A program made the position numbers and the translations under genes. This document shows positions 43,256 through 64,000 of a stretch of DNA of 64,000 bases, in pieces. Positions within the stretch are counted from its first letter, which is position 1; the number at the start of each line of letters is the position of its first letter. Under the pieces are notes generated by a model. The model worked only from the letters and a program-made list of their open reading frames with translations. It had not been told where the DNA came from and did not search any database. The DNA is from the human T2T-CHM13v2.0 reference genome, Homo sapiens, in the NCBI RefSeq assembly GCF_009914755.1, contig NC_060946.1; one strand, 5' to 3'.

Positions 43256-44884
43256 TCTCAATAAGTCCATGTTGAATCAAAGAAGGAACTAAACCAGACT
43301 TGAAAAATTATAAAGTTAAGGCAAGTTTCCTTCTGTTTTTTTTTCTAATGCCTTTCCCCACCTCTGTGATGCCCTCTTTTCTTTCCCTCCTCTGTTTCTC
43401 CAAGAAAACATTCTTAGGACAGGACCTAATGAGTGGAGCAGTAGAAAGAACCCTGGACTGGAATCAGGATACCAGGGTTTCACCCTGGCTTTGTCACTGG
43501 ATAATCCTAAATTCTTCTCTCAGGGATTATACTCCCCATGAGTAACAGAAGAGGGTTTGCTTGGCTAATCTTTAGGTTTCTTTCCGGTTCTGGCTTTCCA
43601 GATTTCAGGCTACACTCAGACTAAGATGACAGGGTTATTTCTTCCAAGGGTATTTTGCACTGAAACACAGGAGAGAGGAAGAAAGGGAGAATGGTGAAAT
43701 TCTAGGCATCCTCATGTGGCTGGGAGAGGTATTTTCCTGTCATCATGCACCCTAGGAAAGTAGAGATAAGGCAGATCCTTATCCCAGCCCCTGAAACCTG
43801 CCAACTGGTAAATTCAGCACTGACTCACACTCAAGGAAGTAGCAGAGGACACTGTGGAGCAATTCCTGGGAGCAGGGCCTCTTGCCTGATTGGTATGAAT
43901 CCCTGTGGGCAGCTGGTATGAATGGGTCCGGTCCTGGACACTCCCTGGGACTTCATTAGGAATTAGTAGGTCTTTTGTGTAAGTTGGTCATTGGAGAGGC
44001 AGGAGAATTGGGGTTTAGTCCTGAGTCTGTCACTTGCCACTTGTGTGGCTTGAACAAGTCTTTTCTCTCTGGGCATCAGTTTCTCCATGTATCACATAAA
44101 GGAGTTGGACGCTATGGCCTCCCTCCATAGTTTGGCTACCTGAACCTTCCAGTTCCTCAGACACATCATGGCCTTTTCATGTTCTGGGCATTTGTTCACC
44201 TGGAACACTCCCTCAACTCCATCTCCTACCCAACTCACCTGATTCACTCCTTCATGGCATGTCCTTCAGGTCCAGGCTACCTCCATGTGAGAGAGTATTG
44301 AGTGGAATACAATGTGGAATGGTGGGGACTGTGGCAAACTGGAGACTATATTCCGCTGAAGCTATTCAAGTACTTAAAAATTATTTTCTATTGTAGTAAA
44401 TACATATAATATACAATGTAGTATCTTTTTTTTTTCTTGTGAGACAGTATCTATCTCACTCTGTTGCCCAGGCTGGAGTGCAGCATGATCATAGCTCACT
44501 TTAACCTTGAACTCCTGGGCTCAAACAATCACCTCAGCCTCCTGAGTAGCTGGGACTACAGGTGTATGCTACTATGCCTCGCTATTTTTTTTTTCTTTTT
44601 GTAGAGATGGGGAGATGGGGTCTTGCTATGTTGCTCAGGCTGGTCTTGAACTCCTAGCTTAATGATCCTCCCACCTTGGACTCCCAAAGTGTTGGGATTA
44701 TGTGTGTGAGCCACTGCACTCAGCCTTCACACTTAATATATTCTTGAACATTTCAGAATTCTTCAAATCTATGTTCTTCTTATTGTGAGGTAGACCTAGA
44801 AGTCTCAAATGCTTGACCTCATGATCTGCCCACCTCTGCCTCCCAAAATGCTGGGATTACAGGTGTGAGCCACCATGCCCGGCC

Positions 44885-47640
<2,756 letters not shown>

Positions 47641-47679
47641 ATGTGCTTGCACTTATATGCATTTTTAAAGCACCAAAAA

Positions 47680-49603
<1,924 letters not shown>

Positions 49604-49604
49604 G

Positions 49605-55460
<5,856 letters not shown>

Positions 55461-55694
55461 TCTCATTTTTATAAACAAATAAATAACACATGCACACAGC
55501 ACTGGACCAGGAGATGACCAAAATTAAATTCCCCACCCAGATAACTTCTTCCCAACCTGTTGACTGGTCCTAAGTTTCATGGGCTTCATTCATTGTTCAA
55601 TGTGTCATTTAAAAAGGATTAAAAAGTGAATTTATTTCACCATCAAAAGAATACTCTCCCATCTAATGGCTAAGCCTGATAATTCTGCACTGAG

Positions 55695-57240
<1,546 letters not shown>

Positions 57241-57259
57241 CAATAAATCTTATTGTAGG

Positions 57260-58093
57260 TATTTTTTTCATTGTGGTAAAATACACATAACATAAAATTT
57301 ACCTTCATAACCATCAAGTATCCACTTCAGTGGCATTAAATACATTCATACTGTTGTGCTACCATCTCCACCACCCATCCACAGAACTCCCTTCATCTCA
57401 CAAAATGGAAACTCTGTACTGTTTAAACAATACATATTAAAACAATAACTCCCCAATCTCCCACCCCCGCCCTACCCCAGTTGCCCCTGGTAACCACCAT
57501 TCTACTTTCTGTCTCTATGAATCTGACTAACTCTAGGTACCTATTATAAATGGAATCACATAGTATTTGTTCTTTCATCACTGGCTTATTTCACTTTGCA
57601 TAATGTCCTCAAGGTTCGTCTATGTTTTTTTTTTTTTTTTTTTTTTTGAGATGGAGTCTCACTCTGTCGCCCAGGCTGGAGTGCAGTGGCGCGGTCTTGG
57701 CTCACTGTAAGCTCTGCCTCCTGGGTTCACGCCATTCTCCTGCCTCAGCCTCTTGAGTAGCTGGGACTACAGGCACCTGCCACCACGCCCAGCTAATATT
57801 TTGTATTTTTAGTACAGACGGGGTTTCAACGTGTTAGCCAGGATGGTCTCGATCTCCTGACTTCGTGATCCGCCCACCTCTGCCTCCCAAAGTGCTGGGA
57901 TTACAGGCATAAGCCACCGCGTCCGGCATCCATGTTAAAGCATGTGTCCAAATTTCCTTCCTTTTTAAGGCTGAATAATATTCCACTGTATGTATATACC
58001 ACATTTTGCTTATCTATTCACCTGTTGATGGACAATTGGGTTGCTTTCACCTTTTGGCTATTGTGGATAATGCTGCTATGAACATGGGTGCAT
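57260..58093 (-). mobile_element. L1MB 3' end with an AluY inserted (57625-57927)
   Basis: TGTGGTAAAATACACATAACATAAAATTTACC...GCTGCTATGAACATGGGTG. Confidence 0.85.
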
Positions 58094-58139
58094 AGGGATT
58101 TTTAGTCCTTTTTGAAAGCAAGGTAATCACAGAATTGGT

Positions 58140-58250
58140 GGGCGGATGGACAGATACATGGTTACATGGATGGATGATAAATGAATGGATGGGTAGGTAG
58201 ACGGATGGATGGATCGATGGGTAGATGAATAATAGATGGATAGATAAATG
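58140..58250. repeat. Degenerate (GGAT)n repeat
   Basis: Read directly from the sequence. Confidence 0.85.
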
Positions 58251-58829
58251 AAAGCACTCCGAACTGAGAATTAGGAGAGCTGTTTCCTGTCCTGGATGTG
58301 ATACTTTTCACATGTATGACACACCAGGCATCAGAGATACTGTGAGGTAACAGTGATCCCATTGTAACAATGGCAGTAGTAGTGAGTTAAGAGGAGTTTC
58401 AAAATATTTATAAAGATGAGTAACTCTGTGATAATTCATGATCACAGTTGGCATGTGTCAGTAAAAGGATTGTGTACTAGAACTTAAGGTATTGCTGACT
58501 AAGGAGAATGGGGTTTCCCTGTGTGATAACCCTGGGAAAGAAGAGAGTGACTCATGTTGGGTAAAACCACATTGAGTACCAAATATAGAACAACTGGAAC
58601 ATTAGTCAAAAGAACATAAACAGTATCAATGAAAATTCAGGAGCTTGCACCACAGAGGATACTGGCAGTGAATGAGTACAAATGCCAAAGAAGCTTGTAT
58701 AAATGAAGAGTGCAGAGAGAGGAGATCTTGAGGATATTGAGCTCTGTGCTGAACTGGCCCACAGGATTTGCTCAAACATAGTCTCACCATCCATGGCAAC
58801 TATAAGAACCAATCTCAACAGAAAAAGGA

Positions 58830-61380
<2,551 letters not shown>

Positions 61381-62704
61381 AGATGTTAGGAGGAACGGAG
61401 GGGAAAAATGATAAAAAGGAAAAGAAGAAGAACAAACACGACTCTAGGATCACTGGCTATCCAAGCAGTAAGGGACCCTAGCAATCTTCTAGCTTGACTC
61501 CATAATACATTCACTGACTCCACAAATACATCTTGAGTGACTCATATATGCCTGACACTTCCAGGTGCTATAGATAGCAAGTTGCAAAGGTATAGGGGTA
61601 AACAATCTAATGGAGAAAGACCTTACAGTTTATCAGTAAGAAACTGAAGCCCAGAGAAAGAACAGGCCTTGGCCAAGATAACCAGAGACTTGGTGGGAGA
61701 GCTAGGGCTGAAACCCAGGTCTGCAGTCTGTTTGGTTTTATTACCTATTCTGGGCTTAAAGTACAGCAAAGGAAATGGACTTCATAATGCAGTCAATGTT
61801 TATGAGCATAATGATAACTGAACCACAAAACTGGCTTTCCTCTCCTACATCTACTTTCTAATCATCATAGTCACAGCCAATGGAAAGACCTTTCAGTACT
61901 AATTAACACTATTTCATCCTCTACCTACAGAAACTATTATGTAGGAGTCATTATAAATAAATACGCATGCACACACATCTTTCTGAATGATGGTTCATCT
62001 GTCCCTGCTGAGACACGAAAAATGGTAAGACAAAGCATTAAGGCAGATACTCAGAGAATGATCTTCTGTTTGGGAATAGGGAAAAGAACCGAATCCACTG
62101 TCAACTGTCCCTGATCCCTGGGATTTTCTAAGGGTCTCAGTCAAACTCCTCAACAGGGTTTTTCCAAGTTTGGGAAATCTTACCAGGAAGTAAGAAAAGA
62201 GGAGTGTCATTCTCATTACCTTGAATGACAAAGAGCAACAATTAACCGCCTGGGGTGTAGCCTAATGTATCCAATTAACTTTGATTTCAGTATTATATAA
62301 CACACATGAAAATGGAACCATATACACACAAACACATATATAAACACTCCTATAAATATATGCCCACTTAGACATGTACACAATTATCAACTCCAAAACA
62401 CAGAATAAAAGTCTGAGATGAAAAGCCATCAGTTCTAAAGCCATGATTATCCAAATATGAAATCATAAAATCTCTGTCTTTGGAGTGATTCTATATTGGA
62501 AAAGGGGCTGCCGATTGAACTCCAGCTTCAGTTTGGCTCTGATGGGTAGGGGTAAAGAGGAATAGATCCTTACTGAGATATCAATTGCTGATGGGAGAGA
62601 GAAGATGATTCAGGGTTGTGCTTGAAAAGAGCCAAGAAGTCAAATTGAGATTTTTTTATATGGGCTTAGGCTGTGAGTCCCAGCACAGGGCCTTTTTTTC
62701 CCCC

Positions 62705-64000
<1,296 letters not shown>

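Overview
This is primate (human-like) nuclear DNA, apparently intergenic or intronic and extremely Alu-rich: about 80 Alu elements or fragments by my count, roughly a third of the window. It also holds old L1M/L1PA fragments, L2/MIR, MaLR and ERV solo LTRs, hAT-Charlie MER elements and one 7SL retropseudogene. I recognise no protein-coding gene. Nearly all ORF-track entries are Alu, L1 or low-complexity artefacts; the only real protein match is an L1 ORF2p C-terminus. The main non-repeat landmark is a CpG-island-like promoter at about 8.4-9.2 kb. I found no convincing new biological system. The best leads are: (1) a triplicated ~39-bp RFX X-box/TCCWGGA/TGACATCA composite element at 2.2 kb; (2) a well-formed but speculative 4-exon non-coding transcript from the CpG island; (3) three local copy events with donors 1.7-2.7 kb away; (4) a minisatellite built from a 24-bp palindrome; (5) tiny orphan TPRT insertions and chimeric or inverted Alus. 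Repeat subfamily names come from my recall of consensus sequences and need RepeatMasker confirmation.
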